Source of the DNA: Eledone cirrhosa
Lineage: Eukaryota
NCBI GenBank assembly: GCA_964016885.1
Contig: OZ024755.1
Location: 25,978,001-26,042,000, forward strand
Direction: 5' to 3'
Length of the DNA: 64,000 nucleotides
The notes under the pieces were generated by a model that saw only the letters and a program-made list of their open reading frames with translations, did not search any database and had not been told where the DNA came from. Position numbers and translations under genes: made by a program. Of the stretch, positions 37,728 through 50,349 are shown piece after piece (the stretch's first letter is position 1; each line of letters begins with the position of its first letter).

Positions 37728-40700
37728 GTTAGTCATTTTTCTTTTGTATTATTGAAGCTGTGAGGGTAGTGGATTGGCAGAATCAGTAGAGCGTTGGACA
37801 ACATGCTTTGCGGCTTAGAGTTGCGACCCTTTACGTTCTGGGTTCAAATCCCGCCCAGGTTAACTTTGCCTTTCATCCTTACGGGGTAGATAGAATAAAG
37901 TATTAGTAACGCACTGGGTCGATTTAATCGACTTTCCCGTTGGCCTTGTGCCAAATGAGAAACCATTATTATTGAAGCTGTGGAGAACTGAACTAAATAG
38001 CAATAGTTTCTCACTGTATTTCATATTTCTATAAACCCACCATTATACATTATAATGTCTTGTGTTGTCCTTACTTTTTGTTTGGCTTGTAAATCCTTTG
38101 TAGTTAATAAAGAAATCATTATTATATTCATCAGTTCAAATGTTACTGAGATGAATTTCTGTCACTTCAGTTGTCAGTGTTGAACTCACAATCATATATG
38201 GCTGCAGGTTTCATTTCTGAATTTGGCTGTGTGTTGTGTCTTTGAGCAAGACACTTCATTTCACATTGCTCTAGTCCACTCAGCTGAAATATGAGTAGCA
38301 CCAACAGCTGGGGGTTACAGATTGGTGTGCCTATCAACACTCGAGAAATCTAAGAGATACCTCATAGAAGGCCAACATGTAATAATACAGTGAGAAAAAT
38401 TTACTCACTTTTCTCTCAAAATTAGAAAATTCTACATATTGCTATTGTTTTTATTGCTAGATGGTATTTGTGATGATAATGTTAGCTCTGGATTAGCCCT
38501 CATAATACTAAATCTGAAAATTTAACTCTTAACATCTCTCATTTTGCTACTCACACACACAACCATTATTCACACCTAGGTTTAGGTGTTCCCATTATCT
38601 GTAAGGAATAATTTACCAAATTTATTCCAATCAATTTTCAGTCCCATCCCCCTTCATGTGAACCACAATGTATATTTCCCCATCTTTAACCCTTAAATGT
38701 TCACCCATCTTTTCCTTTAACCCTTAAATGTTCCACCATCTTTAACCCTTTAAGTCTTCAAATGTTCCACTATGTATATTTCACCATCTTTAACCCTTTA
38801 GCCTTCAAATGGGCCGATGAAGTCAGTGTCATTTGTCCCAACCAGCCATGGCCAGGTTTGTTGGCATGTTCACTTTTGATAGCCAGAAATCCTACCACCA
38901 TCATATCACACACACAATCTCATTCTCCCTAAAATCATCAATTTTATAGGAACTTGTAAAGCTCACCAATGCCATGAGTATTTTGACTGCTAAAGGGTTA
39001 ATTAAACAAGATGTACTGTAGTAGTGAAGGTGTGTGGTCATGTAGTTAAAGTGTTAAGATTGTGACCATACAGTCACTTCTCCAACTGGACAGAGTATTG
39101 TGTTCTCGAGTGTGACCCTATATTTCACATTGCTCCCAGTTCATTCAGCTGGTAAAAATAAGTTACAATGACTCTGGTGCCAAGCTGTATTGGCCATTAC
39201 CTTTCCCTTCGACAACATCAGTGTCATGGAGAGGGGAGACTGACATACTTGGGTGATTGCTGAGCTTCCACAAAAACCACCTTATCCAGGCCTGTTCCTG
39301 GGAGGTGAGGCTAATGTGATGTCAAATTACATGCTGTCTCTACTGTAACTTTGATTAGGAATAAGTGTAAACTTAGTTGTAAGCTTTCCATGCTGATCAA
39401 ATGTAATTTTTAGCAACATGATTGTGAAAAGAAACAGTAGAGGAGGTAGGGTGATGGGAAAGATGGTGGTGGTGGTAAGAATGGTGATGGAGGTGGTAAT
39501 GATGATGATGGTGGTGGTGGTTTAGGTGATGACGAGTGCTGAGTTTGCTGTTGTACTTTAACTCTTAACATCCTGTACCACATAAAACCATATTAGCAAG
39601 ATATTTTTGAAAAGTACAAAACAGCACTATGACTGCATCATATTAAAAGCTAAAGTAAAGTCTTAAGTTTACTGCAAAATTTCACAAAAATATGTTCATC
39701 AGTAAAGATACTAAAAGTATTTGAATTAACCTATCTGCTTTTAGATATTTTCTGCTAAATTATTACAGGATGTTAGGAGTTATGTAATATCTTAATATTG
39801 CTTGACATGTGTCAGATGAATGAGATTCTGTTGATATCAATTTTGGTTGATGTCCTATCACCAGAGAGATCTTAGTGAGCTTTTCATCAACTTTAACTAT
39901 TTTTATTCCAAACTGCCTCAGATTCTATGATATACAGCTATTTATTTTTAAGTGTTTATATTCATATAAACGATCATGATTTTATGTAAGAACCTTTATG
40001 TTCCAAACGCCAACATCATAATGAGAATGTTAGTTATATTGTACTGAAGCCCTCCAAATTATTTACAAAAATATTTGAAAATCATTCTTTTATTAGAAAT
40101 ATGGTAATGCAAAGGTTAAAGACATATGCAGTGTCTTTCATAAAAAATATAACAATGAAAGGGTTAAAGACATAGGTAATGTCCTTCATTAGAAATATCA
40201 TAATAAAAGGGTTAAAGACACAGGTCTTTCATTAGACATGGTAACAAAAGGGTTAAACATAGGCAGTGTCTTACTTTAGAAATATGGTAATGAAAGTGTT
40301 CAATCTCTTGGCTACATACTAATGAATGAAAGAAATTAATTTTTGTTTTTGTTTCTGTTGTAATTGCATCTAACTCTTTTGATACTAATTCATCTGAAAC
40401 TCCCTTTGGTTCTATGAAACAAAATCACCCATTTTAAAGGGTTCCTATTTAAATTGAAATCTTGCAATGTAATTTGATATAAAAATCATAAATTAAGTTA
40501 CAAATGCCATCTTAAATACATACTTTTAGTAAAGTTTTCCAAATTATTAATTAGTTTAAATACAGTTTCTTTTATTAGAAATATGGTCATGAAAGGGTTA
40601 AAGACATTGACAGTGTCTTTATCAGAAATATAATTATGAAAGCGTTAAAGACATAGACAGTGTTTTCATTTGAAATATGCTAATGACTGGATTAAAGATA

Positions 40701-41667
40701 TAGGCATTGTATCTGGTTTAATATAAGTACACTGTTTCCCTGTGTGTATCCAGTTTATAATAGGTACATTGTATCCCAGCTTGTCCTCAGAAGCAACTGA
40801 AAGTGTTGGCTCTACCAAGAGCAAACAGATCTCACTATTAGTATAATGTCTGTTATGAAACCTGTTAGTCTAACTCCTTCTTTCGCAAAGAAAATAGCCT
40901 TAAAGTTGTTGGTTGTGTTTAGTTTTTTGTGAACATTTAAAAATCCATTAAGTGCTGTTCATATATTTAATACAGTATATCATCCATCACACATGGCCTA
41001 ATAGTTATGTTGTTTGGACTTGTGATGATAGGGTTGTGGGTTTGATTCCTGGACTAGGCAGGATATTTTGTTCTTGAACAGGGCACTTCATGGCTAGAAA
41101 TCACACCTACTGTCTTAGAAAGAGGAAGGACACATTGAATATTGTAGTCCTAGATACACTTGAGATTCAAACTAATATATGACAGTTGTAGTTAAAACAG
41201 CTCATCTAGATCATGGTTGACTTAGGGCTAAACAATAACTTCCAAAATAATTTTAGCGTTGTGAAAGTTTGTTTTATATAGAATTTTCTACTAAATATAT
41301 TTCTCATTAACAAAATGTGTAACAGTAAACATTGCTTTATGTCTAACTTGACATTAACAAACTGAATTTTTATTATATTTTTTACTGAATTTGGAATTTT
41401 TGAAGAGATTACATTTACACACTTTACTCATTTGTTTTAATGTTTAAACTATCTAAACTAAAACAATATATCACAAGTGAAACAATATCATGACAGCAAC
41501 AATATCTAGAGTGAAACAGCATATCACAGTTATATAGAGTAAAGCAATAACATATCACAACAATATCTAGAGTAAAACATGTGTAAACTGAATTAGCTGA
41601 GATAAACATTTTACCAAACACTGTTGTCTCTTTCCTTAAAATATACTTAGAGACACCTGAAGTATCT

Positions 41668-41893
41668 TTAACCCTTTAGCATTTAAACCGGCCATATCTG
41701 GCCAAAATTCCCTTACCTCTTTCTGTTCAAACCGGTCATAACCAGCCGCTCCTACTGACCATTATTTTTCTCAAAATAAATAGCATCAGAATCTCATAGA
41801 TTTGATATTATGTGAGATAATTATATAAGATTAAAGCCTTTGCCACAATAATACAATAGTATATATAGATTAATGTAAATGCTAAAGGGTTAA
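41668..41893 (+). mobile_element. piggyBac-type MITE (other copies at 16905-18237 split, 62365-62569, about 62865-63029)
   Basis: TTAA-CCCTTTAGCATTTA...TAAATGCTAAAGGG-TTAA. Four similar copies in the window. Confidence 0.88.
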
Positions 41894-42165
41894 ACCATTC
41901 TAGCATTATAATTGCATCTATAATTGACAAAAATTCTAAAATGTTAGAATGCCTGTAATGGGGTATTCTGAAATCGCTGTACATTCTTTATTCTGCTTTT
42001 TTGATTTCATAATTGTAAAAGAAATATTGCTGTGTGTGTGTGTGTGAGTATGTGTATATATATGTATATATATAGTTTGTGTTTGTATGATTTTTAACTA
42101 ATTCATTGTATTTTTTCTTCTTTTTCTCTTGACATGTTGGTTCCGGATGGATTACTTCTAATCAG

Positions 42166-43506
42166 GGAGGATATGGAACAGGTCCGATGTCAAGTCCAGG
42201 AGTGTCAGATCAATTCCTACCCAGCTACTACAACCAACCAATATCCTTCCCTTACCTGGGACAAGGAGTTGGTGATGCAACATGGTCAAGTGGAAGAGAT
42301 GCTGGTGTTTTCCCTCTGGGGAGCTATGATTATAGCAGCGTCTTTAGTGGATTTGGATACGCCCAATTTGGTTGGGATTACAATGGCAGCGACTACTGGA
42401 ATAATGCCACCCGCAAGGATTACTATGGCGCTGATATGATTTCTTCTGATGGCTATGGGCCAATGAATGGAGAGCAAGATCGTGACACTGTGAACAGTGT
42501 TGAGCAAGGTCTGAAGGGCATGAGCATTACAGGAGAAAAGAAGTTGTCAGATGGTGTTGGAAATGATTCTGTGCAGGCAGGTGTGATTGATGGATCTATT
42601 CAAGTGGGTCCTCCTGGATCTGCTGGACCATCTCCTCCACAGGGGCCAAAGAAAACATCTTGGGCCGCTGTAGCTAGCCAACCAGCTCGGCCTCAACCGC
42701 AGATCAAAGCACGTGCCATGCCCCGTGCTCCCATGACATCAAAGTGTATGGACATTGGTACTTGGGATAATAAAAACAATAACAACAGCAAGCAGGCGAA
42801 TCAAGGGAGGCAAGTATGGAGTGCACCACGTCGTAGTATGGCAGCTTATAACAACAATGCTCCTTCAGGCAACTCCTCAAGTCCACCATCAGCTAATGTT
42901 GGTAATGCTGGATCTTTGAATGGACCTCCATCTTCTCCTAGTTTACCTCACCCAGTTTTGGAAAAGCTGCGATCTGTTAATCAATATAATCCAAAAGATT
43001 TTAATCTGAATCCTAAAGGGGCTCGCTTTTTTATCATAAAAAGTTACTCTGAGGATGATATTCACCGATCAATAAAATATAATATTTGGTGCAGCACTGA
43101 GCACGGTAATAAGAGACTGGATGGGGCTTACAGAGAAAGAGAGGGAAAGGGTCCTGTCTACCTTTTCTATAGTGTCAATGGTAGTGGACATTTCTGTGGT
43201 ATGGCCCAAATGATGTCACCAGTGGACTATTCCACCAACAGTGGAGTATGGGCCCAAGACAAATGGAAAGGTCAGTTTGAAGTGAAGTGGATTTATGTGA
43301 AGGATGTGCCAAATAGTCAATTGCGACACATTCGCTTGGAAAATAATGAGAATAAGCCAGTGACCAACTCAAGGGACACTCAAGAAGTACCACCGGAAAA
43401 GGGTAAGCAGGTGCTGAAAATCCTGCACAATTTTCGGCACTCAACGTCCATCTTTGATGATTTCGGACATTATGAGAAACGACAGGAGGAAGATCTTACC
43501 AAAAAG
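42166..43506 (+). CDS. YTHDF: YTHDF large exon (447 codons): low-complexity N-terminal region plus complete YTH domain (about 43021-43440)
   Basis: Motifs [115 protein letters not shown]. All three aromatic-cage Trp residues present. Acceptor TAATCAG ends at 42165; donor AAG|GTGAGT at 43507, at the same position as the vertebrate last intron. Confidence 0.97.
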
Positions 43507-43828
43507 GTGAGTTGTCCCCTTAAACAAGACAACAAAATTCATACAAACAACACCATACAAAATACAACACCAACACTACATGACACATAATATTGAAGTG
43601 GGTGCAAAAACAAAATATTCCATTATTTTCTTTATTTCTTTGGTTTTTAGCCTTTCTGTAAATTTGAAATATTTTTATTGTATATATCTATTAGTTTTAT
43701 TGATACTATTTTAACCCTTTCGATACCAAACCATGTGAAACTGCCTGGTCCTATAAGGTATAACTATTAATTTTAAAACTTTCGTATTTAAATTGAAATT
43801 GTCCATCATAAGAAAATGTTATGTTATA

Positions 43829-44132
43829 CAGTGGGACCTCTGTTCGTGAACTCAATTCATTCCTGAAGGCCGTTCGTCACCCGAAATGTTTGCAAACTGA
43901 AACTATTTTTCCCATACGAAATGTTGAAAGAGAAATATAATGAGAGAGACAGTGTGTGAAAGACAGATAGATACCACCATAGTAACTATGCAGCAAGTGA
44001 CGCTTTCTTGCTGATACTCCTAGCTTGTTGCCAACCGCTGGTGCCGGCTTATGTGTTTGTTACTCAAGACACCGTTCATCAGCCGAGACGTTTCATGTTC
44101 AGAAAAATTGTTTGTGAAGTGAGGTTCCTCTG
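43829..44132. mobile_element. pogo/Tigger-type MITE nested in a TTAA-type MITE (about 43711-44227)
   Basis: TA-CAGTGGGACCTC...GAGGTTCCTCTG-TA. Confidence 0.75.
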
Positions 44133-44564
44133 TATTATTAAATCCCTCCAAATTCTTGATTATTTTCAAAATTAATTGAAACATCTATGCCGTGTTTTCA
44201 TAAGGAATATGGCAACGAAAAGGTTAACATTATCTTGTATCAACACAAGCTGAAATTAATTATTAACTGAATATAATGTTAAGTATTTGTACTGTTTGTA
44301 TTTGTGGTAATATGTATTAATAACCGATATTTGCATAGATTCTTTTATATGGGTTTATAATTCTAATTACTGCACAAATACATTACTCTCAAAATGTGTG
44401 AATATATATATATATGACCAGTTGGTGGTCCTGTGGTAAGTTACTAGTGTAACTATGCATAGTAAGGGAATCTATGCATCAGAGGCAAGGTTTCAATCCT
44501 TGCTGGATATATATATATATTTGTATATGTATGTATATTTATATATATTTGTATGTATATAAAT

Positions 44565-44769
44565 AAATTAGGTAGTAACATGTGCTTACGCCGTATTTGA
44601 CTAAATAGAATTAGTCTGTTAGTTGGGATTTAAAAAGACCCTCTGAATGGAAAAGAGGATGAGTATTGACGTACATCCTTTTTTGCATTCAGAGGGTTTT
44701 TAAAATCCCAACTAACAGACTAATTCTATTTAGTCAAATACGGCATAAGCACATGTTACTACCTAATTT
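44565..44769. repeat. Near-perfect palindrome (arms about 96 bp, 12-nt loop) in YTHDF intron
   Basis: AAATTAGGTAGTAACATGTGCTTA...AGGATG / CATCCT...TAAGCACATGTTACTACCTAATTT. Confidence 0.95.
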
Positions 44770-45124
44770 TCAAATTCGCTAGCTGTTTGTAAACAAAGCC
44801 TGCTTTGTGTCTCTCTATGTATATATGTGTATTTATATATATATATATATTTTTATATATATATATTAACCCATTTGATATCAAACTAGCTGAAACCATC
44901 TCTGGTTCTACAATACAGAACTGTTTGTATTTATCTAAAAACTTTCAATCAATTTTATGTAAGAAAATTGTGTATCAGAATAATACTTATTTTACTAAAT
45001 CCCTTCAAATTCTTGATTAATTTCAAAATTAACTTACCATCATCGTCGATGTCTTTCATTAGAAATATGTCCATTTTTATTCTTAGTCATGCTGTGTACG
45101 TATATGTATATATATGTATATTAT

Positions 45125-45885
45125 TATCATCATTTTTACATCTGCTTTTCCATGCTTGTATGGGTTGGACAGGTCCTTTTCAGCACAGTATCTCTCCACT
45201 CACTGCGTTCCTTCGTCATTTCTTTTGTTCGTCTCAGTGATTTGAGATCAGCTCTCACCGCCTCCGCCCAAGTCTGCCTTGGTCTATATCTACTGCGACT
45301 TCCCTCCACTGGGATTTCCTGGTATTTTTTCACCCAGCAATCATCATCTATGCACAGCACATGTCCATACGAATGCAGTCTTCTCGCACACCACTTCTGA
45401 TTCCTCTTAAACCCAATTTCTCCCTCAGTTCGTCCAAGCTCAGCCTTTCTCTCACATTTATATTGCACATTCAACGAAGCATGGTTGCTTCATATCTCTC
45501 CAGCCTATACATGTCTTCTGCAGCTACAGCCCATGTTTAACTACCATGCAGCATTGCACTTCGCACACAGGTGTCATACAGTCCTTTTGTACATAGGGAG
45601 AAACTTTTTGTCAACAGTGGGTGTAGCTGTCTAAACTTCTTCCATCCTATCCTTATTTTAACTATTATGCTCTCAGTTCATCCTCCTCTGCTGCTAATTA
45701 GGTCACCTAGGCAGCAGAAGCTATCAACCACTTTTATCGATCCTTCCTGTGATCGAAAAAGCTTTATATGCTTGACACTCTTCCCATTGATTACCTCTGT
45801 ACATCTACATATAAAGTCACCCTTTCCTGTTCGTCTACCTGCTATCCCACTGCATCTATTGTGTACCTAGGACTTACATTGCGTA
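45125..45885 (-). mobile_element. RTE LINE 3' fragment
   Basis: RRLHSYGHV, VEGSRSRYRPRQTW, Cys-rich region, 3' tail. Confidence 0.85.
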
Positions 45886-46616
45886 TGCATATATACATAC
45901 ATATAGTGAAGGCGTGTGGCTGAGTGGTTAGAGAATTGGATTCGCAATCGTAAGGTTGTGAGTTCGATTCCTGGACAGGGCGATGCGTTATGTCCTTGAG
46001 CAAGACACTTTATTTCATGTTGCTCCTTCTACCTGGAGTTGCGACCGATAGATAGTATTAGCAATTGGAAAGACCAACGGAAACATTGTTTCCTCGGTCC
46101 GATTTGACGAAAGTCGATCGTTAAAGATACATACATATGTAATAAAAGTACCAGTCCAGAATTGGGGTTGATTCTTCCGATGTATTTCTTTCTCACTTCC
46201 TCTTTATCACTCTTTCCATAATCTGGAGGAAATTAGCCATATTCACACATGGAGAGGATGTGAGCTCTGCCAGGACTTACTGGTCCATGCATACATATTA
46301 TGATGACATATATATATATCTTAATTAATTACTAACATAAGCACTAATTAAATGCAAATCAGTATGTCCAATTCAGAATAATACACACCAATAAAATATG
46401 TTTCCTTGTGGTTGATTGGATGATATACATGTCTCTGATGTGGGTCCAATAAGATCCCAAAATCAATTTACAGAGAAATTCATAATTTCTGGCATGTTTA
46501 CATGCCTATTAGATGTGTGTATATATTTATGCATGTTGGTGCAGTCTCAGATATACAATCTGTATTTATACAGATATATCTTTATTTTACACTTCAGCTC
46601 CTCCTAGCGTACCTCT

Positions 46617-46664
<48 letters not shown>

Positions 46665-47599
46665 TTCATGTGTATTGTTCAGTTACTGATGGTTCACCAT
46701 TTTGAGCACTCAATATCAATGTTAATGTGTTGATCTAGCTACCAATGTCGGTTCCTACGGTTGTGTCTTCACCAGTTTCAGTATCCGTAACAAGCAGCGT
46801 TACTAATAATAAGCAGGAACGAAGTATCAATATAACATAAATATATTTTGTGTTCACACGAGATATGCGTTTCACAATCGATCAGCTCAAGGCATGATTG
46901 GAACTGATAGCTCACCAGACTTGTGGTTGACAAGTAAAGAGGACATTAAACCAGACAATGGTGTGTTGATGATGATGAATGCACATTATCCCCAAAATGG
47001 ATGAATGAACGCACATGCTTTTTCTTTTAAAAAAAAATGTTTTCTGTTCCTTCCTCTTCTAACTCCATTTCATCCTTTATTTCTCATTCTATTTTCTGAT
47101 GGAGGATTAGTGTCCAAGACGTAAAGACTCTTTTCCTACTATATCAAGTATTAAACTAATATATTTCTTCATTGTACTGTTATATATATATATACCGGGT
47201 GATGTGTTGTTTCCTTGAGCAAGACACTTTACTTCAAATTACTCTAGTTTACTCAGCTGTAGCAATGAGATGATAGGACTGCGGTCCCTATCATTCCACG
47301 GCAAAAAAGCACCCAGCCCACACTGTAAAGTGGACGTGTAGACTCCACGGAAAAAAGCACCCAGCACTCACTATAAATGAGGTTGGTGTTAGGAAGGGCA
47401 TCCAGCTGTAGAAATCGAGGCCAGAAGCAGTTCCTGTATGAGCAAGACAAGGTCAGCTGACCGGACACTGCCCACAACAGGACAACCCGTCTAACCCATG
47501 CTAGCGTGGAAGAATGGGCGTAAAACGGTGATGATGATGATATATGTGTGTGTATGTGTCTGTTTATATATATATATATATATACACATACATACATAA

Positions 47600-48030
47600 T
47601 AATATCAAAGAATGGTGAAAAGGAGAATATTTATGCAGAACTGATGAGAAATCTGCAGATACTCCACCCTGATTACACCTTCAGATTTATGCCTGTGATT
47701 ATTGGGGCACTGGGGTATGTTAGTAACTGCCTCAATACAAATCTTGACAAGATAGGCTTCACAGGAACAGAAAGAACACAACTAGTTAGGAAATTACAAG
47801 TACAATCCATTAATGGAACAGTAAAAATATGTAAAACATTCCAAAAATTTTGCATCTAATAACTGCATATACATATGTACAGATGCAAAGCATATACACA
47901 TGCACACATACACATGCATACATAATCTACCTAGTTGATGTGTAAATTCCAATGAGAGAGTCTTGAGCCTATGTTAGAAACCGACTCTCTTTATTTGGAA
48001 AAAATTTGTGAAATTATAAAACCAGAAGAA
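47600..48030 (+). mobile_element. 3' end of an RLE-type non-LTR retrotransposon
   Basis: KENIYAEL...FMPVIIGALG...VKICKTF*, typical of a restriction-like endonuclease C-terminus, followed by a 3'UTR. Confidence 0.65.
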
Positions 48031-48348
48031 CATACATGTGTGTGTGTGTGTGTATCAACATCATCATTTAATGTCTGCTTTCCTTACTAACGAGCATTGG
48101 ATGGAGTCTACGTAGGCAGGGTCAGTACTAAAGCGAGGCTACTAACCTCCCAGACAAGTCTCCCGTTTACATATTGTCATATCGTGTGCAGAGGAGAAGT
48201 TGTCTTTTGACACAAACTGAAGGTTTCTCCTAGCCTCTTGTTTAGCAAGCTTTCTACAGCTGAATGCCCTTAACACCAACCACTTTACAGAGTGTACTGG
48301 GTGCTTTTATTGTGTAGATCACCAGCACTAGGGTAGGTTGTCATGTCC

Positions 48349-49405
48349 TTAACACTTTAGTGTTCAAACCGACCAAAATTATTTCCCCTTCATTTGTTCA
48401 AACCGCCCGAAACCAGCCGATAACATCCCCACTAAAATATTGTTCTAAAAATAAACAAACCATCATCAAAATCTTGTCAATTTGAGATTACTGCGAGTTT
48501 AGGCCCTTACCACGAAAATTAACACTTAATATAGTGAAACAACTTAAAACAACGTGTGTTTTTTTAACGTTGAAAGTAGAACAGATTTTTTGTGTATCAA
48601 CAAGGCTTGTGAAAGTAGCGATACCGACTTTGAAGGTTTTACACACGACGACATTCAGAGTGAACAAGAAACAAAAGTATTAGTGATTTATCTTCAAATG
48701 AATCAGATTTTTACATTTCTGCAATTTCATCCAATGATGATTGTTGTTTTGAAAGTGAAAACGGAGGAGATCTCCAGGACGCCATTGAAAATATTACAGC
48801 AACGTGGTTGAAAAATACCACACCAATATATGTTCCCGATTTTATTCAAAATATTGGTCCACAACACACATTAGCTCCCGATGCTAAAGCACTGGATTAT
48901 TTCTTTTTGTTTTTACCACAAACTTTCTTCGAAGTTGTGACAGAAGAGATTAATCGATATGCCCAACAACAGATTTCAAATCGAGGAAAACCCGATCTGT
49001 TTGGCGACCAACAGATGCTGCGGAAATGCAAGTATTTTACCGTAAATATGTTCGGTATAAAACAATTTCCAAGACTGGAATTACTGGAGCACTGATAAAA
49101 GGTTTAGTGATCCTTATATATAAAGTATTATGCCGAAACAAGTATTTAAAATTCAACCAGTATTTGCACCTGGTTGATACTTCAAATGCCCCTGTTAATT
49201 TCACCTGCCCATAAAAGTCAAATCGAGTAAAATTATATAATTGTAAATTATTGATATTTAAACATCTACTTACAAAATTTCAAGCCTTGCACAAAGAAAA
49301 TTACAAACAAATAAAATTGATAATCCTCCTGAGTATGATTAACTCAAAATAAGGCGAACAGATAAGTATGACATTTGAAAATTAATGCGAATGCTAAAGG
49401 GTTAA
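48349..49405 (+). mobile_element. piggyBac internal-deletion derivative with transposase remnant
   Basis: TTAA at both ends; termini CACTTTAGTGTTC / GAATGCTAAAGGG. Peptides LDYFFLFLPQTFFEVVTEEINRYAQQ and CRNKYLKFNQYLHLVD resemble the piggyBac transposase N-terminal core. Confidence 0.82.
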
Positions 49406-50010
49406 CACAACTAAAAAGTTATCCCAAGCATTTTTGTAGGTTTTCGGAGGGCCTTCCTACAACCAACCACTTTACAGCATGTACTGGGTGCGTTTATTGT
49501 GTAGATCACCAACACTAGAAGTTGTGTCTTTGACACAACTAAAAGGTCCTCTTAACCCCTTTAGGCATGGGTTCTACAGCTGGGTGCCCTTCCTGTTGCC
49601 AACCACTCCTACAAAGTGTACCGGGCGTATTTTTATGGTACCATTGCTCAAGAAGTTATTGGTCATAGACCCAACTGTAGACCCCTCTCAGCTCTGGGGA
49701 GGGAGCTAGGTATGAAGTCATAGGTGTTAGTGGGGATTTGGCAGGGCAATGAGTAAAGGGTTATGGGGATGTAATGGTGTGAGAGAGGGATAGATATATA
49801 AATGAATATAAGTATGTGTGTGTGTGTATATATATATATGTTCATACCACTGCATCTGATCCCTTTAATGCCCATTTTCTTTCATAGTTCATACATGCTT
49901 TGCTGTTCATACATATTACTATTACACATCCATCGAAGCATGCAATCTTCACAAGTCCTCTGCACACGTCACCTAGGTTTCACTATCATGTAGCATTACT
50001 GTTTGCATGG

Positions 50011-50345
50011 AGGCATATGGCTTAGTGGTTAGAGCATTGGCCTTGCAATCGAAAGGTTGTGAGTTCAATTCTCAGACCGGGTGATGTGTTGTTTCCGTGA
50101 ACAAGACACTTTATTTCACATTGCTCCAGTTTACTCAGCTGTAGAAATGAGATGATAGGGACTGGGGTCCATATCATTCCACTACAAAGTGGTCGTGGAG
50201 GTGCCACGGCAAAAAAAGCACCCAGCACTCACTGTAAATGAGGTTGGTGTTAGGAAGGGCATCCAGCTGTAGAAATCGAGCCAGAATCAGTTCCTGTCCC
50301 ACCCTTGCAAGCAGGAAAAAGCGGACGTAAAATGAAATGATGAAT
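50011..50345 (+). mobile_element. tRNA-derived composite SINE family B with RTE-like 3' tail; relatives at 2725-3069(-), 7545-7790, 39025-39310, 45908-46100, 47195-47540
   Basis: TGGCTTAGTGGTTAGAG A box, GAGTTCAATTC B box, core CAAGACACTTTATTTCACATTGCTCCAG..CAGCTG, tail GGACGTAAAATGA(TGA)n. Confidence 0.85.
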
Positions 50346-50349
50346 GATG

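Noticed and set aside
42134-42439. 101-aa overlapping ORF in another frame
   Set aside because: Starts in the intron upstream of the acceptor and is a shadow of the YTHDF exon.
43049-43060. CTGAGGA and CTGATGA strings (also at 47641 and 27532)
   Set aside because: They lie in coding sequence or lack a downstream GAAA with pairing stems.
42187-43590. 467-aa ORF taken as an intronless complete YTHDF or retrocopy
   Set aside because: Canonical splice sites bound it and matching upstream exons exist. The Met at 42187 is internal and the last 27 aa are intron read-through.
50011-50080. tRNA-like sequence with A and B boxes (also 45908, 7545, 37765, 59575)
   Set aside because: No proper acceptor stem, and it continues into SINE core sequence; these are SINE heads, not tRNA genes.
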